Shown: positions 11,672 through 23,535 of the stretch, in pieces | Layout: each line of letters begins with the position of its first letter | Position numbering within the stretch: the stretch's first letter is position 1 | Origin: Psilocybe cubensis | Taxonomy: Eukaryota | DNA length: 64,000 nt | Direction of reading: 5' to 3' | Assembly: GCA_017499595.2 (NCBI GenBank) | Contig: CM039006.1 | Span: 124,001 to 188,000, forward strand | The notes under the pieces: generated by a model | Database searches by the model: none | What the model was told of the DNA's origin: nothing | Seen by the model: only the letters and a program-made list of their open reading frames with translations | Made by a program: the position numbers and the translations under genes

Positions 11672-12895
11672 ATGGCAGTTTTCCGCACGACCATCATCGC
11701 CACCGCCATTGTATTGGGCACAGCACTTCTGGGAACTGCCTCTCCAGCCATTTCCGATCCATCCCAACACGCACTCGCCGAATGCTGCAAAATATGACAC
11801 GATTTTCCGTTGAAAAAGCGAACATTTAGAAGTAGCATTGTACTGACTAGATTCCGGCCTTTCCTTATACTGCAGTACTTACTTTTTGAATGTGTGAACA
11901 TCCAGGTACCTGGTATTTAGTTAAATTTAGCACAGACCGTGGTAAATCTAAACTTGTGTTGTGGTCAGGTCGTGGTCAGGTCGTGGTTTTGATAAAAACC
12001 TACGGCTTACAAGTAGGTAATGATATAGGGAGGGTCCCTCTGAATATTTGCATACCTACGGCAGCCGTTTCAGTAGATAATTAAGCTTTTATTTATTCCA
12101 AAAAATCTGCCATTCTTCTGACTTTCTATCGGCCTATGCAGGGCAAAGCATAATGCTGGGAAATCCATCCTGCCGTGGATGTTTCCGGTACAATTACATT
12201 TTCCATTATGAAGCCAAAGAAGACGAGACAGATTGGAAATGAGAAAATATCAGGGAATCTGGGAAATAATCATGAGGGTTGTATAAAAGATAATTGGCCT
12301 TGGTTTATGTTGATGTCAGCCCTATGGTACTGTATTGCTATTACGAAAACTATTCCATATGTTAGTACAGACCAAGGCCCCAGTAGTAAGTACGACCACA
12401 CCAAAGTGTGTTCACTGTTGTTCGACTCAGGGTGTATGCACTAAGAACTAAGTAGCACATTACGAAACCTAACACTAATGTACGTACTAAGGTTCTGGAC
12501 TTGCTATTTTGGTACTGACCAAACCCAGATGACAGCCACTTCGCATTTTCAACGGAAAATCGTGTCATAGCAAAACGATGGCAAAAGCGTACAACGCTGC
12601 CAACCCTGATACATTTACGTGGTCCGAGGAGGATAAGCGTTGTGTCAGAGACTCAGACGTGCAGCATTCAAGGTGACTGTTCGTCATATTGTGAGATATC
12701 TTGCCCGAAGTGACACTCCATCATATCAGCCAACCACTGGTTAGAGAAGAGTCAGCTGCACAGGGATGCAGTGGGGGATACCTGTCGTGCGTGGGGAGAG
12801 AATGCTCCGATTTCGATCCTTCTGACTACCCTGGAGGTGGATCCGGTGCCTATCTTGGTTGTGTTCTCTCCTGTGCCTTCCGTTGCGCATTTTAA
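11672..12895 (+). pseudogene. Small secreted Cys-rich protein B, interrupted in exon 1 by a TIR element
   Basis: MAVFRTTIIATAIVLGTALLGTASPAISDPSQHALAECCK [insert 11793-12569] TMAKAYNAANPDTF...QPLVREESAAQGCSGGYLSCVGRECSDFDPSDYPGGGSGAYLGCVLSCAFRCAF*. Removing the element and one GCAAAA copy restores a frame matching paralogue A. Confidence 0.85.
11793..12569. mobile_element. Non-autonomous TIR element, TAT..ATA ends, 6-bp TSD (IS3EU-like), copy 1
   Basis: 30-bp TIR TATGACACGATTTTCCGTTGAAAAWGCGAA; TSD GCAAAA at 11787-11792 and 12570-12575; 777 bp. Confidence 0.92.
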
Positions 12896-13003
12896 TGTGG
12901 ACAAATATGAAATATGGACTGGGCGTAGAAGGTAGAAAAGAAGATTTGCGCAGAGTGTTCCACCTTCATAAGACGTAGTCCAAAAAAAATAATATCAAAT
13001 ACT

Positions 13004-13773
13004 TATGACACGATTTTCCGTTGAAAATGCGAAGTGGCTGTCATCTGGGTTTGGTCAGTACCAAAATAGCAAGTCCAGAACCTTAGTACGTACATTAGTG
13101 TTAGGTTTCGTAATGTGCTACTTAGTTCTTAGTGCATACACCCTGAGTCGAACAACACACTTTGGTGTGGTCGTACTTACTACTGGGGCCTTGGTCTGTA
13201 CTAACGTATGGAATAGTTTTCGTAATAGAAATACAGTACCATAGGGCTGACATCAACATAAACCAAGGCCAATTATCTTTTATACAACCCTCATGATTAT
13301 TTCCCAGATTTCCTGATATTTTCTCATTTCCAATGTGTCTCGTCTTCTTTGGCTTCATAATGGAAAATGTAATTGTACCGGAAACATCCACGGCAGGATG
13401 GATTTCCCAGCATTATGCTTTGCCGTGCATAGGCCGATAGAAAGTCAGAAGAATGGTAGATTTTTTGGAATAAATAAAAGCTTAATTATCTACTGAAACG
13501 GCTGCCGTAGGTATGCAAATATTCAGAGGGACCCTCCCTATATCATTACCTACCTGTAAGGCGTAGGTTTTTATCAAAACCACGACCTGACCACGACCTG
13601 ACCACGACACAAGTTTAGATTTACCACGGTCTGTGCTAAATTTAACTAAATACCAGGTACCTGGATGTTCACACATTCAAAAAGTAAGTACTGCAGTATA
13701 AGGAAAGGCCGGAATCTAGTCAGTACAATGCTACTTCTAAATGTTCGCTTTTTCAACGGAAAATCGTGTCATA
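13004..13773. mobile_element. Same family, copy 2, inverted relative to copy 1
   Basis: Same TIRs; TSD AATACT at 12998-13003 and 13774-13779; near-identical reverse complement of copy 1 with a 7-bp indel (770 bp). Confidence 0.92.
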
Positions 13774-14907
13774 AATACTTGACTTGAAGCATGGACGTGA
13801 TACAGATAAAAGGAACGCCTCACTGCATAACCTTCTGATCGCTGTTCGTAAATACAGGTTCTGATATTAAGATTTTGCGTCATTGACCCTCATTGACCTC
13901 CTCATTCAGAATAAATACATTTAAAATGGATTTTATATCCCATATAACGAGGATCCTTTCAAAATCCCATCCTCTTATACAGAGCAGTAACAGGTCTACC
14001 TGATGGACACAAGTTGACTCTTCTCGAACAATACAAGTTCTCTGCTCGTTAAAGTTTTGAGAAGGCAATCTTTCATTCGGGTTCAAGGATCACTGTCAGG
14101 ATTATGCTATTATACATACATACATTTACCTCAATTCTAAGCTTTGATGCAAATCACTTGGCTTGATATAAGGTGTTGCGTTTCGTAGACGAGACTGTGA
14201 GATGTGTTCACTCACAAAGCTAATGGACGCATGCGATTAGGATCTTCGTCAAGACAACGAATGATTCTCTCCTAATATGTTCTCGACGACCACTTTCTGA
14301 AGGCGCTGCGGACCAGCTCTGCAACAAAGCCTTCACTTGCATGCTGAGGTATGTGATATTGTGATATGAGCTTACCTCGACCTCGGTAGAAGCGGACTGC
14401 GGATCGGTTAGCGATTTACATTCTCCAAAGATGAAACTCGACAATGATGCATCCAATCCTAAACACTGCTCATCAGTGCACCCTCCATATTTTCTTCCTA
14501 AATATCCATTAACGTTTCCCAGTGGTCGATACAGTCTGCCTGCGGGTATAAGTGCGACAGGCCCGCTTGTAGGGCCAACAACCATATCTGGTATTTCAAA
14601 AGGGAGGTGGATCAGTGACGGCATATCGAGGCCGAAGGTTCACTTCAGATACATGTAAAATGCTTAGATGGTAAGATCTTGGTATCAACGCGGAAGTCCA
14701 TCTACATATAGCAACAGCGAAATTGCAATCACACCAGCGTGGAGAATCAACCCTCTGGACAATCAACCCACACAGTCAGACAGCGTTCTACTCAAACGCA
14801 TCGCCAAGAATGAGTTATTCAAGACTATAAAGAGAGACAAAAAACAACTCACAGCTTCATCCCACTGCAGCTAAACATCCTACCTTTCGTACCACACCAC
14901 ACACAAG

Positions 14908-15426
14908 ATGTTCGCCAACTTCACCAAGCTTTTTGTCACTCTTGCCACTCTCGCAGTGGCTGCCTCTGCTTCTCCCGCCAAGCGCCAGGAAGATCTCGCC
15001 GACTGCACCTTCCTCCTCAAAGCCGATGGTCCCATTGACCAAACCGACCTCACCGCTATCGCCATCGAATTTAACTACGGTACGAGCCCACCTCCTACAT
15101 GCTCCCACTTGCACTTCACTGACCTTTTCTACAGTCCTCGGCCGTTCTCTTGCTGTATCCACAGGCACCCCAGTCAACGTACGCCGCATCATTTACCCAA
15201 TTTTCTTAAATCCATGTTGTCCGAATGCTGACAATGCATGTGTTTTCAGGGAGGAGCCGCTGAGATCATAACTGCTAGCTACGATAACGTCTTTAACGTC
15301 CACAAGACACTCTCTGCAGAGGGAAAAACCTCGGCTGAAACTGCCGCCGTTGTGGAGGGGTGGGTTGGCGAGACCAAGTTGGGTCTCTCCGCCAACTGGC
15401 TTGTCCAGGCTGCGGAGTGCGCTTAG
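14908..15426 (+). CDS. Small secreted protein of unknown function (3 exons)
   Basis: Signal peptide MFANFTKLFVTLATLAVAASA, propeptide SPAKR, then QEDLADCTFLLK...EFNY / VLGRSLAVSTGTPVN / GGAAEII...WLVQAAECA*. TATAAAA lies upstream near 14826 and codons are C-ending biased. Confidence 0.8.
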
Positions 15427-17181
15427 AGAAGAATTGCTGTGTAGCTTGACATATTACACCAGTGTCGAGAAATATACCTAATTGAAATAAATCTAAATGT
15501 TTGCACGATGACAGGGAATAATAAAGAAATACCGCACACTTATTGAATAATGAGAGCCGTGCTCCCAAATCTTTAGAGACGTAGCCATTTGTACTCAACA
15601 GCTGCCTACACTGTTTTCTAGGTAGATATATGCGCATATATTAGAGGTCATTATGTTGCGTACCTTCAGAAAAATGCTCTAGGCATCGATCACCCCGCAT
15701 TTTTGTGGAAGAGAAATAACTGACCGCCTTAGCAGAAGCATCACGTACCCACGCCCTACGAGCGCATGCAAGCTCGAGTATGTCGTGTCACAGGGTTCAA
15801 TGGACAGGCCTACAGCCTGACAAAAACGTAGAAACATAAACACAGACTGAGACCAGAGGGGGGCAGCTCTGAAGGAAAGACAGACGGACGTGGAAGGACT
15901 AGCTAGCCATCAACAGTCGTTCATCCAGTACACCTTCCAGACATTTTGCAGCACTTGTTCTTTGTTAGTTAGAAGATTTCAATTAATAAAATAGAATGAT
16001 CAGCGATACGCCCATTCCCCAATGGATCCAGCGATGTTTCAATGCTGTGGAGGACGCGGACGACGGGAAGGAGGAGGATAGTGGGATGGTGTGTACCTGC
16101 CTTTTTTTTCGAAGCCCGAATCGGTTACCGTGGGACGTTCTGCTTGGTCCGTGCGATCAAAACTGGAATCACGTGCCGCCATGAAAAAAGCGATTTAAGG
16201 AGGGTATACTCGACAGACTTTCTTTCCAGCCCTCCACTCCATTCATAATCACCGCGTATCTATACGCAGCATGGATGCAGAGCCAGATATCTCTTGTACT
16301 AGTCCACATTTTCTCCTGGGGTCCAGTGCAACGTCTGGAGTTCGCCGGCTGGGTCTCAATTTCAATCTCCGCTGCCTAAAACGGCCGCTGTGTCTATCAT
16401 TGCTTGCTTCCTCCTTTCCAACCGCTTGGCTGTTAATTACGGCCCTGACTGTCCTGGGTTTTAAATCTGGTGCCTCTGTTTTTTCCTGATCCTGCACATC
16501 TCTGCTCTGGGCATTAGCTTGACACCAGTGACCACTGCGTCTCATCAGTCTCATAATGTCATTGGACTCTTTGAGACTCCTGGTGTCTTTGTTCAGGCTA
16601 CTTGCGCCAGAGCTTAGCGCTTAGTATCTGGTCCAGAGTATTCAATGTTGCCTTTGATGACTATGGGAAATGTGGTCCTCGTCGCGACTCGGCAATGGTG
16701 GCGAAGCATTCATTAGATTTCTCTAATCACCCTCATTTCACAAACACGGCCAACTCGACCCTAGCTTGCCAAGTCACGTCGGCGCTTCTTCCAAATATTC
16801 CTGATCTCGTATTATCCTTCAGAATTTCATCGCGCTTTCCCGTTAGACGGTCCCATGCAATACTTTGAAGGACGCTTTAGTGTATTTGCCATTTGCAAAT
16901 GCCACAGCCAACCCAAAGTCTTCATGACCAGTCTATCGATGACACCCAGTCAGTCGGAAGATATGAAGCATAAAACTTCTGAGAGCAAGAAATTTCTGCT
17001 TATAATCCTTCTTAGTGTGGACCAATCTCTTGCGCTGTGGTTTTTCGTATCATTAACAATTCTGTTTGAAAGGTACGCATTGCAAGCACAACGGTATGTA
17101 TTTCAAGCACAACCATTCATAACTCAGCGGCAGTTTGGCCTTCTATCCATTCCGTCCTTCACAAAGATGCGCGCATAATAT

Positions 17182-18566
17182 CTACACGCTCCACGCCAGA
17201 TACAACCTTACTTCCTCCATTTTATCCATAACGACTGGATTCTCCCTGTTATATTCGATGTTCTCCTTTGCTCCATGGCTCAAATTCCCAAAATAGTCGT
17301 TCGTCATCGAAAGCTCGCCATCGATGTTCCAAACACAGAAGTTTATCCCATCGAATGCCTCGGTAGTTTTGGTGTCCCGCATAGGTGCGTCGCACTGACA
17401 ATCATTGTAGACTCTGTAGGCTATAGGGCGTGAAGGTATACGAAACGTAAGTCCAACCACGTTGCGAATGGCTATCAAATTCGGCTGCACAAGGGAAACT
17501 TCTGTCCTGAAGGTAATTGCTATGCCGCAAATAAACGACACCTCTTTTAATCTGGGAAGCTGACGCAAGTCGATTTCAAGTATCCTGTTCGGCATATTTG
17601 AATATTTTTCTACTGGGAAATACGGGACCTCAGCAGTCAGGACACAATTCTGACTCATGGTAAGGGCTCACAGGGTATTTTTAGCGTGAATGCTAGCGAC
17701 TCCAGGCTTGGTGTGTTATCCAGGATCCCACCCACCTTCCCCAACGTGTTGATATTTTCGGTGTAAATGTGCAGCCTTGTCACCGAGGTCAACTGGTTTT
17801 TCGCGCTCCTGCTCGAGGAACTAAAGTTCCAGCCTGTCATTCTCGCAAGACTCGCGGGGTCCACGAAATCATCGCAGTCGAGCGATTTGAGTTGTATTGT
17901 ACCGTCTACAGGCATGCTGTCGCGGTCGTATCGTACGCGGACACGGCGGATGTGGAGGTCCTTGATCTTCGTGCCACATAGCCAATCTCGTGGTATGTCT
18001 TCTACACTATGGAGCTCCAGCCGGGTAATACTGGACTGTGAGAGAAGGTCATGGAATGCAGCTTGCATTTCGCTGCTCATTGCAGACCACCGCATGCGCC
18101 CATAATTCAGCGAAAGGGTAAAGAAAGCGGAAGGGGGATGATTTGATGCCCTGAACAAATTTCGAAAAATGTATGCGAGACGCGTGTTGTCGACGACAGA
18201 CATTGATTCATCTCCCAGTGCACGCTTGTCGTCCATCGAGATCATACGCAGGGTGAATGATGTGGCGAAGTCGACGATATTTTTCAGCAAAGTAAGCTCC
18301 TTCTGACATTCGATGATATCTGCGAGGAGTTTGACGCGCTCCGCCGTATGGTGTATATCTTCTCCAGAGTCCCGGTGTATGACTAGAGAAGCGAACCGCT
18401 TCTCGTTTGCTCGTATGCGGAACATGTGGGAAACGAGGGCAATGGAGGCAAGATCGCGATCGTCCAGAAATTCGCATGCCTCCCTGACGATACGGTCACC
18501 AATCTCGACGGGCAGTGAACTACCGACACCAACGGAATTTTCACTACATTCAGGATGTAAAGACAT
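17182..18566 (-). CDS. F-box-like/LRR-type hypothetical protein (copy 3)
   Basis: LPVEIGDRIVREAC...LASIALVSHMFRIRANEKRFASLV. ORFs 17655-18566 and 17182-17658 are joined by a probable intron at the position equivalent to the paralogues. Confidence 0.7.
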
Positions 18567-19677
18567 GATTTGAGCGGCCTTAAGGCTTGAAGTGTCAGGC
18601 GTGGTGCAATTTGTGATTCATGAAGGTATCAGACGATTCGTTGTTCGTCTTATTCGTCAGCGTTTACATTCAAAGGCAACGACGTGTGAGATAACTACCT
18701 GCATATATTCACAAAGAGATGTTATGCTTGTGAGAGCGTAAGTCATCTGATCCCTTTTACTGCTCGTCCTTTTCGTCTGGGATATCATCGTGCACCTTAA
18801 TATAGATTACTCTATTAAATCAATAATGCTATATTTACCACCCAAGTATGCCTAGCATCGCAGTGAAATTAAGAAGGTCGATAACCATCTTTGGAACATG
18901 CGATGCAGAAACCAGTGCCACCATCCACAGCCGCATCCCAAAGCCACTTCAGAACAGTTTAGAGCGTGGGGAACGATAATGGTGCTATACCAATTTGTAA
19001 CTGACGATGTCATCACACACTCGGATGACCTCCTTAGGGAGGAAATGTTTGTAATCAAGTTGCACTGACGTGTGTTTGTGGGAACAATTAACATAGCATC
19101 GCCTATCCTCAGGCTTTCAATTACTGTATTCGTACCGGAACGCGTCGTTGGCACTATATCCCCTGACACTGCACAATCACGGTTCTCTAACAACATACCA
19201 AGTATCCTTGTATTATTTTCTGGGTACGACTGCTATTACCCCGTGTCTAATAGGATAACGGAACTTATGTTGAGTTGCGTTGGAATCTCAGAAAGACGGA
19301 TAAACACATCTTCACCCACGTTGCAGTCATTTTGATTGAGTCGGCCCTAGGCCCCTATTATATTCCATGCATTCGCTTCAGTGACGTTAGAATTTAAAGA
19401 TGAGGCTGTGAAAGTGTGAAATTTTTACCGTTTCTGTTGCCCTAACTGGCCTTGCAAATAGAGCAACGACGACAACCTTTCACTATTGACACTAATTTCT
19501 ACAGTCAGCGTTAGTTCCAGGAGGCTGTATGTGCAGCTTAGGGGTAGCTAAGGATATTATGAAGCATACCAGAGATGCCAAAAACGGGGGAAGCCCACTA
19601 GGCACGGCCGAATCCTTGGAGGACCCACACTCTCATAAGCGTATCATCATGAACATATATTTCCACGTACAGTTTTC

Positions 19678-20428
19678 TATGACACGATTTTCCGTTGAAA
19701 ATGCGAACATTGAGAAATAGAATTCTGCTTACTAGTCTCCGGCCTTTTCTTATATTATAGTACTTACATTTTGCGTGTGCAAACATCTAAGTGCTTAGTG
19801 TCCAGATAAAATTAGTACAGAGCGTGGTAAATTTTACCTTGTGTCGTGGTCGGGTCATGGTCAAGTCGTGGTTTTCATCAAAACCAATGCCGTACATATT
19901 GATATTATTGTAGGATGGTCCCTCTGGCAATGGTTTCTCTAAAACCACTATTTTAATAGATGATTAAGAGTATAATTACCCCAGATAATCTAATTTTTTT
20001 CTGAGTTTATATTGGGTTGTCCACGGCAAAGCATAATGCTGCAGGATATATCTTGTTGTGGCTGTTTCCGGCACAATTACATTGATTAATTTGAAGCCGA
20101 AAATGCCGAGAGACTTTAGAAATGACGAACTCTGAAAAATAATAATCACAGTTGTGAGAGAGGGAACCGAATTTGGAATATGTCCATGTAAACCTCGTAG
20201 TACTGTGTTATTGATAAGAAAATCATTAGATACACCAGCATAAACCAAAGCCACAGCACAACCACACCAAAGTATGCTGTTCATACTGGGGTGTACGCAC
20301 TAACAACTAAGTACCTAGTTACGAAACCTAACACTAATGTACGTACTAAGGTTCTGGACTTGCTATTTTTGTACTGACCAAAATCTGAAGCCAGACACTT
20401 CGCATTTTCAACGGAAAATCGTGTCATA
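19678..20428. mobile_element. IS3EU-like non-autonomous element, copy 3 (diverged interior)
   Basis: Perfect 30-bp TIR TATGACACGATTTTCCGTTGAAAATGCGAA; TSD GTTTTC at 19672-19677 and 20429-20434; shares subterminal blocks (GTACGTACTAAGGTTCTGGACTTGCTATTTT) with copy 1; 751 bp. Confidence 0.9.
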
Positions 20429-20651
20429 GTTTTCTGAAGTATTTATATCTGTAAGATAATTTTGAAGGGAAGAGCTTAGGAATACGATACGGTCTATATA
20501 AACAGCTTTCCTACCGAATACACCATACTCTTTATTCCCTCGCCAGTTCGCAAACAACTCGCAGATCTATTTCAAATTTACATCAATCTTTTCAATCTCA
20601 GCCCATCACATCCATTAATTACTCTCTTTTCTGTCTCACCCCTCTCCCACG

Positions 20652-22016
20652 ATGGTTCACCTGCTTCCCGGCGAAGTTGGCCTCCCCGAGGACGCCAAAT
20701 ATCTGACTGACCTTGGCCTTACCGACCCCGCTTCCGAGGTCAACGCGCTCAGACGCCGCGATGTAGAAGGACACGAAGGCAAAGAGTATTCGCAGATCAA
20801 CACCCCTCTCGGCCCTCTCCCTGACGTGATCCGGATGTTCGGCAAGCCTGCACTCGAGGAATTCGTCCAGGGCACATACGGTGTGCTCGGCCATCGCTTC
20901 TTTCCCTATGTGGATGAGAAGGGCGGGGTTCACCCCGAAAACAGCTGGGGAGCAGCCCGGAACAACATATCATACGGCATAAGCGGAGCAGAGACGGACG
21001 TCGTACCAAACTACACCGATGACGATGTGTACGTGTTCCATGACAGAACAGGAGGACGTTGGACTGCTCAGATGGTCCTGGCCGAATACATGACCCACGA
21101 ACCCCGTACAGAGCTGGTGATGCGGGCTCATGATCTCGAGCGCGGACGATTTGGCGTTATTCTGCAAAACACTGGCGAGTTCGTGATGAACATTGCCAAG
21201 CTCGCTGAGCTCTGTCACCAGCTCGACGCCCATTCCAAAGCCCAGTTGTGGGATTTAAAGATTCGCGTTATTTTGGACTGTAGAGACTCATCCGCGCCAC
21301 AGACAATTCGACAGGTTATGAGGCTGGCCAAGGAAGATCGCGATTTTTTTTACATTCAGCTTCTAAATTTCTGCATCAAGGACTTCGCAGATCTGAAGAA
21401 GCAGGTAGACGATCTGGGAGTGAAAGGACAATGGTGGAACGAGCTAGCGTATATCATTAGCCCTAACTTGGACGGCCTCAGTGTTATAGCTGGCGTGAAG
21501 CACGAGGAGCTTCGAGTTGGCCTCCATCTAGAATCCAATAAAACTTGGGTAAAGGACCTCGCTGACAATCTTCGTACAGTTGCGCTCCATGCACCCCGGA
21601 ACGGCGCCGCGGAAGATCTCGAAAACGGAACTGGCCCGTTCAAAATTGCAACGTTAGCGGACAAGGACCTCCACATATTCCACGCCGATGCCATTTCAAA
21701 AGCTCTTCAGCTTTATTGGCGGGAGATCCGACCTAATCAGCCGACAATGTCCCCATCTCCTGCACCAACAATAACAAGGAATAACGAGCACTATGCTTCG
21801 ACATGGACAGATCCTATGCGCATCGTAAAAATGGATCCGCAAAACAGGCCTCGAGACTATTACAGCCTACAATCCGCGGATGCGGCTAGGCACTGTATCG
21901 ACTGGAACGCCGATTACGTCCTAACAGACAACATCCCAAATACTTGCTACCAGCTTGCTATGCACGCTGCAAAATTCAATCAGGCTCACCTCTACAGGAA
22001 CCGCATACAGTTTTAG
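20652..22016 (+). CDS. Intronless glycerophosphodiester phosphodiesterase (GDPD)/PLC-like TIM-barrel protein
   Basis: 454-aa uninterrupted ORF with GDPD-like motifs LGHRF...HPENS...GISGAETDV...VYVFHD and C-terminal ADYVLTDNI; TATA-like element near 20495. Confidence 0.72.
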   Translation: MVHLLPGEVGLPEDAKYLTDLGLTDPASEVNALRRRDVEGHEGKEYSQINTPLGPLPDVIRMFGKPALEEFVQGTYGVLGHRFFPYVDEKGGVHPENSWGAARNNISYGISGAETDVVPNYTDDDVYVFHDRTGGRWTAQMVLAEYMTHEPRTELVMRAHDLERGRFGVILQNTGEFVMNIAKLAELCHQLDAHSKAQLWDLKIRVILDCRDSSAPQTIRQVMRLAKEDRDFFYIQLLNFCIKDFADLKKQVDDLGVKGQWWNELAYIISPNLDGLSVIAGVKHEELRVGLHLESNKTWVKDLADNLRTVALHAPRNGAAEDLENGTGPFKIATLADKDLHIFHADAISKALQLYWREIRPNQPTMSPSPAPTITRNNEHYASTWTDPMRIVKMDPQNRPRDYYSLQSADAARHCIDWNADYVLTDNIPNTCYQLAMHAAKFNQAHLYRNRIQF

Positions 22017-23242
22017 GGCGGGGTACTGAGTGTAATGGAGGGATACTTCGTTTCATTTTATTTATACAGTTTTCAATTGTTCCTGGAAAGTTGGAAGGTA
22101 AGAATACTGAAACACCTTTACACAATAATCTTTACTGCATTAATCTTTTGCATGGATCATTACAATATCGCTACGAAATTCCTCGTAGTTGTATTGTCGC
22201 CCATTGGGAGAGAGCACCATTCCAAAAGTTTCGAATGCATTAGCTTGAGCCACGGCAGGTTTTCAATACAAGGGTTTACCGTCCAAAAATGTATCTTCAA
22301 GCCAGTCTTTAGGGCTAACAGAATTGACAAGTATCGACGGTGAGTGGCGGAAAGTAACACACACCGTGGCGGAGCTCCGGGTTCCTGCTTCCGGATGGAT
22401 GACATAATTTTTTCCCGCAGCTTGGTCCTTTCGACTTGGGGAGTTTTCACCGTAGTTTTCGTGATGTCTGTATTGGTCTGTATGTTTTACGCCGATGGTG
22501 CCAGAAATATAATTCCTTTTATGCATTATGCCTTGGCTGCCGGCCAGTAAAGAATAATGGAAAAATATATCACTACAATGGTAGCATGTCACTTGAATGA
22601 TTCTATGAGCGCCGTGTGGAAAAAATTGAAAAATAACTTGGTGTTAGAATTGTTCGAATAAAGCACCACTATGATAAGGCGACGATACCATGTCATATGC
22701 AAGAACATATGACCTATCCGGCTGGAAAATGTTTTGTACAGCGCCCAAGGACAATGGACATCCCTGACATGTAGCTTAAGATATTGAAGCGAGGACAGAG
22801 CGTGTGATCACTTGAGAATATTGTACGCTAACGGTGTCAACGTCTTTAAGGGACTACGTGATATTATGATGTAGCACTAATTAACGTCAGTCTCTCCCCT
22901 GACCTACGCATATTCAAAAAGTATTCACATCTAAAGGTATTAGTCTGACTCTAAGGATTCAGTAAAGATACATTCCACTCGAAATCCATGTAAGAAACTT
23001 TGAAACCACTGTTTCTTTACATAGACTATATTTTTAGGCTAATGGGCATTTAAGCCACCCACGTACATCATGCACATGAGATTGGAGCATTAAATATAAT
23101 ATCATCGGCAACGAAGTGCCATCGATAACTTGGAGCAAAAAACATATAAAGACCAGTTTAAACATAAGCTGAGCATCTCGCAATCCATAGGATCCCCAAA
23201 TCAATCAGGCAGAGAACGATCCACTACAGCAATTTTGAAACG

Positions 23243-23535
23243 ATGCATCTTCTTCACACATTATCACTCCTCTCATTGTCCATCGTCTTCGCCAGTGCAG
23301 CCGTCCTTCCTGAAACTGAGCTAGAGCGACGCTGTTTGGCCGCAGGCTCAACCTGTTTCCTCACAAACGCAGGCGTATGCTGCACCGAGACATGCACCTG
23401 TGGCGGGCCTTGCTCCATTGCACAGATAACTGGACAAATCTCTGGGGTGAGTATTAAAGAGCCAGTCACCGTGTGCATCACATCTTAACTCGAGAGTAGT
23501 TCTGCGCAACAGAATTTGGAGGCACCAGCTTTTGA
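23243..23535 (+). CDS. Secreted 8-Cys knottin-like propeptide 1
   Basis: Signal + AVLPETELERR + CLAAGSTCFLTNAGVCCTETCTCGGPCSIAQITGQISG / FCATEFGGTSF*; intron 23447-23499. Confidence 0.82.

Noticed and set aside
11793-12569. Tc1/mariner MITE with TA target duplication
   Set aside because: Exact 6-bp duplications lie outside the TA, and the reading frame of gene B is restored only if the TA is counted as part of the element.
11890-13676. Duplicated short ORFs (MCEHPGTW..., MDVSGTIT..., MTRFSVEN...)
   Set aside because: Chance ORFs inside the inverted element copies; no transposase motifs and not preserved in copy 3.
13880-14660. Possible decayed F-box-like gene (MPSLIHLPFEIPD...)
   Set aside because: Only a short motif resemblance; no coherent spliced model could be built.
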